From an uncultured bacterium (GTDB lineage: Bacteria > Abyssobacteria > SURF-5): a stretch of DNA of 18,563 nucleotides. This document shows, in pieces, positions 10,478-18,563 of this stretch. The notes beneath the pieces are model-generated. The model had not been told where the DNA came from. It saw nothing but the letters and a program-made list of their open reading frames with translations, and ran no database searches. The stretch lies in assembly GCA_964510165.1 (NCBI GenBank), contig CAZEBC010000015.1:1-18563 (forward strand), written 5' to 3'. Within the stretch, counting starts at the first letter, position 1. Each line of letters starts with the position of its first letter. Both the position numbers and the translations under genes were made by a program.

Positions 10478-11338
10478 GTGTCGAAGTCGGCTCTGCTCTT
10501 ATCTGCGGTGCTGCTGACGGCCCTGATAGCCACATCCGGCGTCAGAAGCACCGAAACCACACAGACCGCGCCCGCGGGAATGAGACTCATTCCGGGCGGC
10601 GAATTCATTATGGGAAGCGAAGTCGGCCCCGGCGAGACGGACGAATCTCCTCCCCACAAGGTCCGTGTCAGCGCGTTCTACATGGACAGATACGAGGTGA
10701 CGAACGGCGAATTCTCCGAGTTTCTAAGCGAGATGGGCAACCAACACGAGGGCGGATTTGCCTGGCTCGACCTCGAAGACGATGACTGTCTCATCGAGCA
10801 GCGCGAGGGCTGGTTTGTACCGAAACCCGGCTATGCCAATCATCCGGTTGTCGAGGTGAGCTGGTACGGCGCAGCCGCGTACGCGCAATGGGCACACAAG
10901 CGCCTGCCGACAGAGGCCGAATGGGAATACGCCTGTCGGGCCGGCGCCACAACATGGTATAACGTCGGCAAGACAATAAGCGAGGCCCAGGCAAACTATA
11001 CAGGCAAGGACCCGCAAGGCAGATGGTCCAGCCTCGCACCGGTCGGCAGTTTCGAGCCAAACGCATGGGGCCTCTACGATATGCATGGCAACGTCTGGGA
11101 ATGGTGCAACGATTGGTACGCGCCCGACTACTACCACAAGAGCCCTGCCGAGAACCCCACCGGTCCGCCCTCCGGCTTCGGCCGCGTCGCGCGGGGCGGC
11201 TCCTGGCAAAGCCTGGGTGATGCGTTCATCCTCAGGTCGTCAAACCGCGTTGATTTCGAACCCGTCACCCGACATGGCGACCTTGGCTTTCGTTGCGCTC
11301 GCGATGCCGCGCCTCAACCCGACCACTTCCTACCCTAG
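10478..11338 (+). CDS. Secreted formylglycine-generating-enzyme (FGE-sulfatase/SUMF1) domain protein
   Basis: Signal-peptide-like N-terminus; IPGGEFIMGS, EVTN, HPVVEVSW, RLPTEAEWEYACR, NAWGLYDMHGNVWEWC, RGGSW and GFRC motifs. GTG start, exact position uncertain. Confidence 0.9.
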   Translation: MSKSALLLSAVLLTALIATSGVRSTETTQTAPAGMRLIPGGEFIMGSEVGPGETDESPPHKVRVSAFYMDRYEVTNGEFSEFLSEMGNQHEGGFAWLDLEDDDCLIEQREGWFVPKPGYANHPVVEVSWYGAAAYAQWAHKRLPTEAEWEYACRAGATTWYNVGKTISEAQANYTGKDPQGRWSSLAPVGSFEPNAWGLYDMHGNVWEWCNDWYAPDYYHKSPAENPTGPPSGFGRVARGGSWQSLGDAFILRSSNRVDFEPVTRHGDLGFRCARDAAPQPDHFLP

Positions 11339-12907
11339 CGGCCGTACCGTCATGAGCGACGGGAGAAAACGCAAAACGAGATGCCCGCTCGAGACAAGCC
11401 TATCGATATCCTCGCGCTCCAGCATTCTCTCGCGCCCAAGCGTCCGGTAGTACACGCGCTCGCCCCGGACGCTCATTTCCAATACCGCAGCGCTTGAGAC
11501 AAGCGATACGCGCTCAATGTTCTTCCCGAGCCTCAAGCCCAGGTCTTGACCGAGTGAATTGCTGCCCACGTAGAACGTCGAGTATCTCGGAGACCAAATG
11601 GCATCAGGCGCATCGAGCAGGAACACCTTCCTGTCACGGCGAAATTGACCCGTCACAACATATCTCTCCACCGACTCCACCACGTTTCGCTCTATCGTCG
11701 AGGCAGCCTTCCAGTAGTCCCGTCTCGCCAGATTGCCGCTGAGCCCCACAAACACCACCGCAAGAGAAACCGCGACGAGAATCGCATGGCTCAGCCAGCC
11801 GGCCATATGACCCGAAACGCTAAAGCCCGTCCGTTGCAACAGCGCGCGCAGCATTCCGACCGTCCCGGCGACGACGTCACCCATGAACAAGGCCAGAAAG
11901 CAGGCATAGAATGCGAGCGGCAAGCAGAAGTAGCGGGGATTAGGAGAGCCGGTCCCGATGAAGATGACCAGCAACGAGCCCAGCGAAGCTCCAAGAAAAA
12001 ACAAGCCCGCGCGGCTTCTCGTGTAATACAGGTGCCCCGCCAACACACACACGGCAATCGCAAATATCATCGCGTATCGCGATGAAGGAGCGCCAGAATC
12101 CACGAATATTTCGTTATAATCAATTAGTTGCATTATAGTCTTCACCGCGGCGGCGCCCATTCCCCTCCAATCCCGCACCGCGAGAGGGGCAGGCGACATC
12201 TCGAGGCCGAGCGCAAGTTTCCACGCCGTCAAAAGGATAGGAGCGGCAAGGAGAATGCCCTGCCGGCGCGCAAACCGAGCCACCACCCCCCTTTCGGTTG
12301 AGCCGTTTCTCAACCGGGGGATCAGGTGAAACAAGACATCGTACAGAAGCAACACTCCGAACGTGACGACTCCCTGCTCAATACATAACATCGAGAGGGC
12401 ATATGCGGCGACACATGCCGCGAAGGCCCACCTTGAGTTGTTGATCAGATACCGGGTAAAGAACGCGACGGCGAGCACTGAGAAGAACGTCATCGCGATG
12501 GTCTGGTTCCCCGTCTTCCAGTAGATGACTTCGGAATTCGGCACAGCCGTGGCGAACAATAACGCCGCCAACGCCCCTTCAAGCGCTCGTCCTGCGATGT
12601 CCCGGCACACCTTCGCTACAAGCAGCGAGCAGGAGAGAAAGAAAGCGAAGTTGATGAGAACGTACCATCGGGGTTCAAATGAGCCGAACAGCGCGGGCAA
12701 CGCGTTTATCGTTATTCCGAGTGGATAATAATGGTAGTAAGCGCGGCTCATCCATAAGAGTTTCCACTTATCCCGCAACAGCGTATGGATAAACCCGAAA
12801 TCGTCGCCGACAAAATAAAAGGTGAACGCCTCGCCGTATTCCAACACCAGCAGCGGAATCAGGATGACCGCCAACAACGGAGTTCGGAAAAGAAAATCCT
12901 TTCTCAT
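11330..12907 (-). CDS. Multi-pass membrane protein, probable GT-C fold glycosyltransferase
   Basis: Many hydrophobic segments; acidic GDDF motif right after the first TM; PNSEVIYW, 'IEQ' and PRY motifs seen in GT-C-like proteins. Start set at ATG 12907 to avoid overlap with the DUF296 gene. Confidence 0.68.
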   Translation of the reverse strand: MRKDFLFRTPLLAVILIPLLVLEYGEAFTFYFVGDDFGFIHTLLRDKWKLLWMSRAYYHYYPLGITINALPALFGSFEPRWYVLINFAFFLSCSLLVAKVCRDIAGRALEGALAALLFATAVPNSEVIYWKTGNQTIAMTFFSVLAVAFFTRYLINNSRWAFAACVAAYALSMLCIEQGVVTFGVLLLYDVLFHLIPRLRNGSTERGVVARFARRQGILLAAPILLTAWKLALGLEMSPAPLAVRDWRGMGAAAVKTIMQLIDYNEIFVDSGAPSSRYAMIFAIAVCVLAGHLYYTRSRAGLFFLGASLGSLLVIFIGTGSPNPRYFCLPLAFYACFLALFMGDVVAGTVGMLRALLQRTGFSVSGHMAGWLSHAILVAVSLAVVFVGLSGNLARRDYWKAASTIERNVVESVERYVVTGQFRRDRKVFLLDAPDAIWSPRYSTFYVGSNSLGQDLGLRLGKNIERVSLVSSAAVLEMSVRGERVYYRTLGRERMLEREDIDRLVSSGHLVLRFLPSLMTVRPLG

Positions 12908-12944
12908 GCGAAGGCGCGTCCGGACAAGGCATGACTGCGTTTCG

Positions 12945-13394
12945 TCAACCCTCCGCCTCCAAAACATCAAACCCGCTCGCCGCATCCCTTCGCCTCACCG
13001 CAGGGCTGCGGAGAATCTCGAGCATGATAACCTCGCCCAGATTCCACACCGAGATGCCCGGCCGGATGCAGCCGGTGTGGGTCTTGTCTCCTCGCCCCAG
13101 AGCCGCGTGCATGTGCAGGCGGGGTTTGCCGTCGGCGTCCGGAAAGAGCGTGCCGACACCCGCCACCTCATGCACGCCGCCGAGTTCAAGCAGCACAGGC
13201 TCGGGCGGCGCCGAGTCCCGCTCGCGCGGTCCGACGACGATTGTGCCCCCCTGGTCGATCCCGCCGATCAATATGCACATCGCGCGGCTGACTCCCTTTT
13301 GTTTCGCGAACTCCTCCAGCAGATGTGGAAGCCGGTCGCCATCCTCCAGCCGTATGACAAATATCCTGCCAATGCTTCCTTCACTGTACTTCAT
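12945..13394 (-). CDS. PPC domain-containing protein (DUF296)
   Basis: GRIFVIRLEDGD, IGG, EVAGVGT, LHMHAALG and EVIMLE pattern; 149 aa; AAGGT upstream. Confidence 0.85.
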   Translation of the reverse strand: MKYSEGSIGRIFVIRLEDGDRLPHLLEEFAKQKGVSRAMCILIGGIDQGGTIVVGPRERDSAPPEPVLLELGGVHEVAGVGTLFPDADGKPRLHMHAALGRGDKTHTGCIRPGISVWNLGEVIMLEILRSPAVRRRDAASGFDVLEAEG

Positions 13395-13424
13395 GTCTTA
13401 CCTTCGCTGAAAAACGGACTTACA

Positions 13425-13811
13425 CTAATAATAAGCGGCCCCCAAAATCAATATTATTATGCCTATTATCACGCCGATTCCCGAAAGCACGCGTATCGTC
13501 TGGTCCGACAACTTCATGAACCAAGTGACCATCGCGCCGTATTGCCTCGGCAGAACCGCAAGCATCAGGCCCCCCGCCAGGAGAACTATGGCGAGTATCC
13601 ACATCACCACTCTGACTCCCGTGATATCTCTGCCGACCGCGATTAGGATCAGCAGCGAAAGAATAAGGGACACGACGCCCGTCGCGCGCAGAGCCTTATG
13701 CTTCGATGCGAATGAAGTCCAGACATGCTTCATGGTCCCGGGAAACAGGACACTGGGACCGCGAGTAACAATGATAAACACTCCCATTCCGATTGCCAGC
13801 CATTTCAGCAT
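13425..13811 (-). CDS. Small four-TM membrane protein (DUF2065-like duplicated unit)
   Basis: 128 aa, four hydrophobic helices in two similar halves (G...FP...LRATG / GL...LP...IRVLSG); AGGAG RBS. Confidence 0.72.
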   Translation of the reverse strand: MLKWLAIGMGVFIIVTRGPSVLFPGTMKHVWTSFASKHKALRATGVVSLILSLLILIAVGRDITGVRVVMWILAIVLLAGGLMLAVLPRQYGAMVTWFMKLSDQTIRVLSGIGVIIGIIILILGAAYY

Positions 13812-13887
13812 GTGGGTCTCCTAAAGACCGCTCAGGTCTTGGTGCTTTCTCGGTGACCTTGGTTCCCGCTGGTAGGCATACCTTTGG

Positions 13888-14358
13888 TCACTCGGTCGTC
13901 GGAAGTACCCCTTTCAAGAAATCCTCCAACTCCTGCATCTTTGCGTCGAGCTCGTTCTTCAGCTCGTTCCATGCTTCCTCGCTCGCAGACTTCAACTCCT
14001 CAAGCTTCTGGGCCGCGGCCTCGCGCTTCTGCTCCAGTTCCTTGATCTCTTCCTGGAGACGAGCTTCGACCTCCGGTTTTCTCTCCTCGGCCTTGGCCTT
14101 CAGTTCCTCGATCTGAATGTTGAGTTCCTCAAGCTTGGCCTCCATCCTCTTCTCGTATTCCTCTTTCTGCTGGGCAGTGTAAGCTTTGGCCGCCTCGAGC
14201 GCTTCCACGGTCTCCTTCTTTACCTCCTCCGGAGTAACCACTTCCCTCTGCTCAACCTCTTCGGTCTCCTTGACCGGAGTGGGCTCCTCGACCTTTCCAC
14301 AAGCCAGAGCCAACCCGCACAACAGCGCTGCCGTCATGAACAGTCCCGCCATCTTCAT
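13888..14358 (-). CDS. Lipoprotein with Glu/Lys-rich coiled-coil
   Basis: Hydrophobic leader ending in LALA-C lipobox; repeated KLEEL(K/N) helical motifs; GGAGGT RBS. Confidence 0.82.
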   Translation of the reverse strand: MKMAGLFMTAALLCGLALACGKVEEPTPVKETEEVEQREVVTPEEVKKETVEALEAAKAYTAQQKEEYEKRMEAKLEELNIQIEELKAKAEERKPEVEARLQEEIKELEQKREAAAQKLEELKSASEEAWNELKNELDAKMQELEDFLKGVLPTTE

Positions 14359-14424
14359 TGTCCACCTCCATCGGTTTCTAGTGTTTGCCTGTATTACTGA
14401 ACCTGAAAATCACGAGTCCCTATA

Positions 14425-14464
14425 TTCTCCCCTCACCCCAACCCTCTCCCGCCGGGAGAGGGAA
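14425..14464. repeat. BoxC-like pyrimidine/purine palindromic element
   Basis: TTCTCCCCTCACCCCAACCCTCTCCC-GCC-GGGAGAGGGAA; perfect 9-bp stem 14442-14450/14454-14462, just 3' of the amidohydrolase-2 stop. Confidence 0.7.
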
Positions 14465-14470
14465 CTTTCC

Positions 14471-15349
14471 TTACACCTCCACCCCCAATATCCTCTGCGC
14501 GTTCCTCAAGAATATCTTCTCCAGAATCTCCTCCTTATAACCCTCCGCCGCATACGCGTCGAAAAGCTTCTGGTGCGGGATCATCGGATAATCTGAACCA
14601 AACATCGCCCGGTCCTGCAATCGGCTGTGAAGCTCCTTCTTCAGCGCGGGCGAGAAATATTTCGGCGACCAGCCCGAAAGTTCCATGACCACGTTCGACT
14701 TGTGAATGAGCACTGCGATCATCTCATCCTGCCACGGCCACGACGGATGGCATGCGATGATCAGAAGATTCGGAAAATCAGCGGCGACATCGTCAATGTA
14801 AGGGATGGGCCTGGTATATTTCAAGCGAATCCCCATGCCGCCCGGCATGCCCGCGCCAAGGCCTGTCGTGCCGGTATGAAACATCACGGGGACCTTCAGT
14901 TCCTGGCATTTCTCCCACAACGGATAGAAGCGGCGGTCGTTGGGGAAGAACGCCTGCGCCGACTGCTGGAACTTGACTCCCATCAGCCTAAGCTCCTTGA
15001 TCGCGCGGTCAACCTCCTTGATCGCCATCTCGCCTTTCCACGGGTCAACGCATGCGAATCCGCCGACGAACGCCTCGGGATAATCGCTCGTCAGCTTGGC
15101 GATGTAGTCGTTGCTGGTGGCGGGCTGGCCCGTGTTCGTCTCGGCGTCCCATGCGACGATGATTCCCTTGACTCCCGCGTCAATGAAGTCCTGCGCCATA
15201 TCCCGCTCGGTCTTCGAGACCGAGAGCACCTCCTCATCGGAAAGCTCGCGCTTCTGATAGTACTGCAACAACGCCTTCTGATACTTCAGCATGCTCTTCG
15301 CGGCTGCACGCGTTGACGGATGCGCATGAACGTCTATGGCCTTCAGCAT
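14471..15349 (-). CDS. Amidohydrolase_2 family protein, CouO-like (4-hydroxyphenyl-beta-ketoacyl-CoA hydrolase-like)
   Basis: AIDVHAH, FHTGTTGLGAGMPGGMGIRLKY, DDVAADFP, HPSWPWQDE, LSGWSPKYF and FGSDYP; GGAGG RBS. Confidence 0.87.
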   Translation of the reverse strand: MLKAIDVHAHPSTRAAAKSMLKYQKALLQYYQKRELSDEEVLSVSKTERDMAQDFIDAGVKGIIVAWDAETNTGQPATSNDYIAKLTSDYPEAFVGGFACVDPWKGEMAIKEVDRAIKELRLMGVKFQQSAQAFFPNDRRFYPLWEKCQELKVPVMFHTGTTGLGAGMPGGMGIRLKYTRPIPYIDDVAADFPNLLIIACHPSWPWQDEMIAVLIHKSNVVMELSGWSPKYFSPALKKELHSRLQDRAMFGSDYPMIPHQKLFDAYAAEGYKEEILEKIFLRNAQRILGVEV

Positions 15350-15425
15350 TTCCGCCTCCTTCTACCATATTTTGTACAGAACATGTCATCTTGGCGCCTC
15401 TTGGTGGTTGGAAAAGCTTTCTTTC

Positions 15426-16175
15426 TCAAACCCGCGCGAAGCCCCCGTCAACGCCGACGATCTGGCCGGTCATCCAACTGGTCCTGTCCGAGCACAGAAA
15501 TACTATCATGTTGGCGATGTCCTCGGGCTCGCCCAGTCTGCGAAGCGGATAGAATTTCGCCCATTCCTTCGCCATTTCATCGGTCAAGTACGCCGTCATC
15601 GGCGAGCGAACGACCCCCGGCGAAACCGCATTCACATTGATCTTGAAACGCGCCATCTCCACAGCGAGGCACTTGGTAAACCCTATGACGCCGCCCTTCG
15701 AGGCGCCGTAGACAACCATTCGCTTCTCTCCCACCCTGCCCGCGTCAGACGCAAGGTTGACGATCTTGCCGTAATTCCTTCTCGTCATATGCTCGGCAGC
15801 GGCATGACAGCAATTCATCGTACCGACGAGGTTGACCTCGAGCTCGAGCGCCCAGTCGTTGGGTATCGTATCGGCGAACAATCCGCCTGCCGCGACACCC
15901 GCGCTGTTTACAAGGATATCAAGCTGCCCGAACGATTGCACCGTGCCAGAAACCATACTCACGACCTGCTCGTAATTCCTGACATCGCATACCGACGTGA
16001 TCGCGGTTCCGCCTCGACCTTCTACCATTCTCGCGGTCTCGACAGCCCTTTCCTCAAACAAATCGGCACAACAGACACGCGCGCCCTCCTCTGCAAGAAA
16101 CAGCGCCGTAATCCGCCCGATACCGGAACCGGCGCCAGTGACCAGCGCAACTTTATCCTTCAGGTACAAGTCCAT
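15426..16175 (-). CDS. Short-chain dehydrogenase/reductase (classical SDR; BadH/FabG-like)
   Basis: TGAGSGIG, LVNSAG, ASDAGRVG, YGASK (YxxxK), NAVSPG and PLRRLGEPEDIA; 249 aa from ATG 16175 with GGGAG RBS. An Asp at the end of beta2 (CADL) suggests NAD(H) preference. Confidence 0.93.
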   Translation of the reverse strand: MDLYLKDKVALVTGAGSGIGRITALFLAEEGARVCCADLFEERAVETARMVEGRGGTAITSVCDVRNYEQVVSMVSGTVQSFGQLDILVNSAGVAAGGLFADTIPNDWALELEVNLVGTMNCCHAAAEHMTRRNYGKIVNLASDAGRVGEKRMVVYGASKGGVIGFTKCLAVEMARFKINVNAVSPGVVRSPMTAYLTDEMAKEWAKFYPLRRLGEPEDIANMIVFLCSDRTSWMTGQIVGVDGGFARV

Positions 16176-16229
16176 ACACGATCTCCCGTTTGGCGGCCGA
16201 AAAGGGGTGGTTCCATGAAATGCAGATGA

Positions 16230-16258
16230 ATGATATCTGACTTTCCAGGGGATGTCAA
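16230..16258 (-). promoter_or_regulatory. Sigma70-type promoter for the SDR gene
   Basis: Minus strand TTGACA (16258-16253), 17-bp spacer, TATCAT (16235-16230). Confidence 0.75.
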
Positions 16259-16282
16259 AGATTTCGTCTCTCCTTGCACAGC

Positions 16283-16312
16283 TTGACGCGGAGACCCCGT
16301 CGCGCATATACT
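16283..16312 (+). promoter_or_regulatory. Sigma70-type promoter for the GH1 gene
   Basis: TTGACG (16283-16288), 18-bp spacer, TATACT (16307-16312). Confidence 0.65.
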
Positions 16313-16376
16313 TCAAGCCGCAACTCGAAGGAAAAGCGATCTCTTCCAGGTAAGACCAGACCGCAAGGAGGCGAAA

Positions 16377-17708
16377 ATGGCGGAATACCGGTTCCCGAAA
16401 GGATTTGTCTGGGGTTGTGCGTCCGCGTCGTATCAGATCGAGGGCTCTCCGCTGGCGGACGGCGCAGGCGAAAGCATCTGGCATCGGTTCGTACACACAA
16501 CCGACAAGATAATGAACGGCGATACGGGCGACGTGGCCTGCGATCACTATAAGAGATACAAAGAAGACGTGGCGCTGATGAAGAAATTGGGGCTCCACTC
16601 CTACCGGTTCTCCGTCGCATGGCCGCGCGTGCTTCCCCAAGGCAAAGGCAAAGTCAACCAGCTGGGAGTGGACTTCTACAGCCGGCTCGTGGATGAACTG
16701 CTCGCCGCCGGGATAAAGCCGTGCCTCACCCTCTACCATTGGGACCTGCCTCAGGCACTCCAAGACCTGGGCGGCTGGGCGAACGGCGACACCGCGCTCT
16801 GGTTTCGCGACTACGCGGCGCTCCTTTTCGATAAACTCGGCGACCGTGTGAAATTCTGGATCACACTGAACGAGCCGTTCGTGATCGCGTTCATCGGACA
16901 TGCGCTCGGAATCCATGCCCCCGGCGTCACTGATATCGAAACGATGCTCAAGGTCGGCCATACGCTCCTCAGGGCGCACGGACACGCGGTAAAGGCGTTT
17001 CGCGAGAACGGCCGCGCCGGCCAGATCGGGATAACGCTCGACATGGAAACGACCATGCCCGCATCGGATTCGTCCGAGGACAAGGCAGCGGCGGAACGCT
17101 ATCGCGCGTTCACCGACCAGTGGTTTCTCGACCCCATCGTCCGCGGAAAATATCCCGATGCGCTCGTGAAGGCGTTCCCCGACATTCCGCAATTCGACCC
17201 CGCCGATGTCAAGCTGATCACCCAGCCGCTCGACTTCATCGGCGTGAACAATTACTCGCGCAGCGTCTGGGAGCACAACGACCTCGGCTTCCTCCAGGCG
17301 TCGCAGGTGTTCCCCGAAGGGAAATATTCGGAGATGTGGGAGGTGTATCCCGAGGGCCTCTACCTCCTGCTCACATGGCTCCACAAGAACTACAAACTGC
17401 CGCCTCTCTACATCACTGAAAACGGCGCGTGCTTCCCCGACACGGTCGAGCCGGACGGCAGCATCAACGACGACGACCGCCTCGAATACGTGCGCGATTA
17501 CCTGAAGTCATGCCACCGCGCGATCAAGGAAGGGGTTGACCTGCGCGGGTATTACCTCTGGTCGCTCACTGACAACTTCGAGTGGGGATTCGGCTACAGC
17601 CGCCGGTTCGGAATCATTCACATCGACTTCAACACGCAGAAGCGAACCATCAAGAAGAGCGGACACTGGTACTCAAAAGTAATCAAGAGCAACGGATTCT
17701 CCGACTAA
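16377..17708 (+). CDS. Beta-glucosidase, glycoside hydrolase family 1
   Basis: FPKGFVWG..SYQIEG, ACDHY, TLYHWDLP, TLNEP (acid/base), YITENG (nucleophile) and DNFEW; AAGGAGG RBS; no signal peptide. Confidence 0.96.
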   Translation: MAEYRFPKGFVWGCASASYQIEGSPLADGAGESIWHRFVHTTDKIMNGDTGDVACDHYKRYKEDVALMKKLGLHSYRFSVAWPRVLPQGKGKVNQLGVDFYSRLVDELLAAGIKPCLTLYHWDLPQALQDLGGWANGDTALWFRDYAALLFDKLGDRVKFWITLNEPFVIAFIGHALGIHAPGVTDIETMLKVGHTLLRAHGHAVKAFRENGRAGQIGITLDMETTMPASDSSEDKAAAERYRAFTDQWFLDPIVRGKYPDALVKAFPDIPQFDPADVKLITQPLDFIGVNNYSRSVWEHNDLGFLQASQVFPEGKYSEMWEVYPEGLYLLLTWLHKNYKLPPLYITENGACFPDTVEPDGSINDDDRLEYVRDYLKSCHRAIKEGVDLRGYYLWSLTDNFEWGFGYSRRFGIIHIDFNTQKRTIKKSGHWYSKVIKSNGFSD

Positions 17709-17741
17709 GCGGATTGTACGATCTAACTTGTCCTCCTCTAC

Positions 17742-17766
17742 GTGGGGGCGCACGGTGTGCGCCTCT
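17742..17766. repeat. REP-like palindrome (GTGG-GGGCGCAC-GGT-GTGCGCCTCT)
   Basis: Perfect 7-bp stem 17747-17753/17757-17763, extendable with G-T pairs, between convergent GH1 and GNAT stops; resembles GTAGGGGCGCAC..GTGCGCCCCTAC-type REPs. Confidence 0.6.
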
Positions 17767-17796
17767 CTCGCCGTTGGGAGTCCTACCGCCGCCAAT

Positions 17797-18276
17797 TCAC
17801 TCCGGCCTCAGCGGCAGGATTAGGTCGGCTATGTCGGGCCGTTCCTTCCATCCGAGCCTCCTGTAAACCTGGTACGAATGCCTTCCACGCCCGGTCACGA
17901 GGTGCAGCCTGTAGCAGCCCCGGGCGAGACCGCATTCCCTGACGGCCTCGAGTAGCGTTTTCCCAACTCCCTTTCCTCGGTCCGCCCCGCGCACAAACAA
18001 CTCCGACACATAGCCCTCACAGCCCGGCAATATCAAATATGGAAGCCAGTGTACCGCCACATATCCGACCACCGCGCCTACCGAGTCCTCGGCAACCAGC
18101 ACCGCATGACTCTCATCGGCATTACATCGTTCGATGTGCCGGGCAATCCGCTGAACAACCTCGTCCGATGCTCCCTTGATGTGGACCAGCCACTCGATGT
18201 CTCGCAGGACCGCGACGATCGCGGCCCCATCGGCCGGACTTGCCGGCCTGACTTTGAAGGGTGTATCCGCTTTCAT
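17797..18276 (-). CDS. GNAT family N-acetyltransferase
   Basis: VRPA..AD, VLVAE...VVGY, YVSELFV...RGKGVGKTLL (acetyl-CoA binding motif A) and YRRLGW. Start set at ATG 18276, downstream of the YfhO stop. Confidence 0.88.
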   Translation of the reverse strand: MKADTPFKVRPASPADGAAIVAVLRDIEWLVHIKGASDEVVQRIARHIERCNADESHAVLVAEDSVGAVVGYVAVHWLPYLILPGCEGYVSELFVRGADRGKGVGKTLLEAVRECGLARGCYRLHLVTGRGRHSYQVYRRLGWKERPDIADLILPLRPE

Positions 18277-18296
18277 GGCTTCTTCAATGAACCGGC

Positions 18297-18563
18297 TCAG
18301 CTGGCCGCGGCTTTGTCCCACGGCACCATCCTCTTGGCGCGGCGGCGCACGATGTCGAAGGCGACCAGAAATGAAAGCGCGACAATGCTTACGCCGCTTA
18401 TCCATCCGCCCGCGCGAAAACTGCCCGGCGCGTAGACGACCTCGATGGAATGCCTCCCCGCCTCGACGGGAACGGCCATGAACAGATAATCCGCCCGATA
18501 TATCGGCAGCTCTTTTCCACCGATGCGCGCGCGCCAGCCCGGCATGAAGATGTCGTTCAGGAA
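18297..18563 (-). CDS. YfhO family membrane protein, C-terminal fragment (5' end outside window)
   Basis: Frame is open to the window edge: FLNDIFMPGWRARIGG..IYRADYLFMAVPVEAGRHSIEVVYAP, then a final TM helix, the typical YfhO C-terminus. Confidence 0.85.
   Translation of the reverse strand, partial: FLNDIFMPGWRARIGGKELPIYRADYLFMAVPVEAGRHSIEVVYAPGSFRAGGWISGVSIVALSFLVAFDIVRRRAKRMVPWDKAAAS

Noticed and set aside
10478..11338. FGE-type domain as a diversity-generating retroelement target
   Set aside because: No reverse transcriptase or template-repeat copy of the 3' region is visible in the window.
12908..12985. N-terminal extension of the GT-C-like ORF
   Set aside because: Overlaps the DUF296 gene; ATG 12907 directly precedes the first TM segment.
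13815..13840. Two mutually exclusive 6-bp hairpins around the RBS of the small membrane protein gene
   Set aside because: Stems are too short to distinguish from chance and no riboswitch aptamer is recognisable.
15426..17384. 652-aa ORF suggesting a long N-terminal fusion to the SDR
   Set aside because: The extension is the antisense of the GH1 gene plus intergenic DNA; the SDR has its own RBS, ATG (16175) and promoter.
18277..18405. N-terminal extension of the GNAT ORF
   Set aside because: Overlaps the YfhO 3' end in another frame; the GNAT fold starts at MKAD (18276).

Overview
GC-rich bacterial chromosomal window with 18 protein-coding genes (one truncated) and no rRNA, tRNA, CRISPR array or intact mobile element that I can see. 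(1) 180-4473 (+): acyl-CoA carboxyltransferase, biotin carrier, split-type methylmalonyl-CoA mutase catalytic subunit and gamma-carbonic-anhydrase-family gene, followed by a DUF374 acyltransferase-like gene. (2) 5408-9191 (-): a tight three-gene operon of amidohydrolase, DapA-family lyase and OYE-family flavin oxidoreductase. All three carry non-canonical active-site motifs, making this the best candidate for an undescribed pathway. (3) 9319-11338 (+): a geranylgeranyl-reductase-like gene and a secreted FGE-domain gene behind a perfect sigma70 consensus promoter. (4) 11330-16175 (-): SDR, CouO-like hydrolase, lipoprotein, small membrane protein, DUF296 protein and GT-C-like membrane protein. 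(5) A GH1 beta-glucosidase (+) converging on a GNAT gene and a truncated YfhO gene (-). Intergenic gaps hold three REP-like palindromes and one BoxC-like element. All family calls come from motif recognition by eye; no database search was run.
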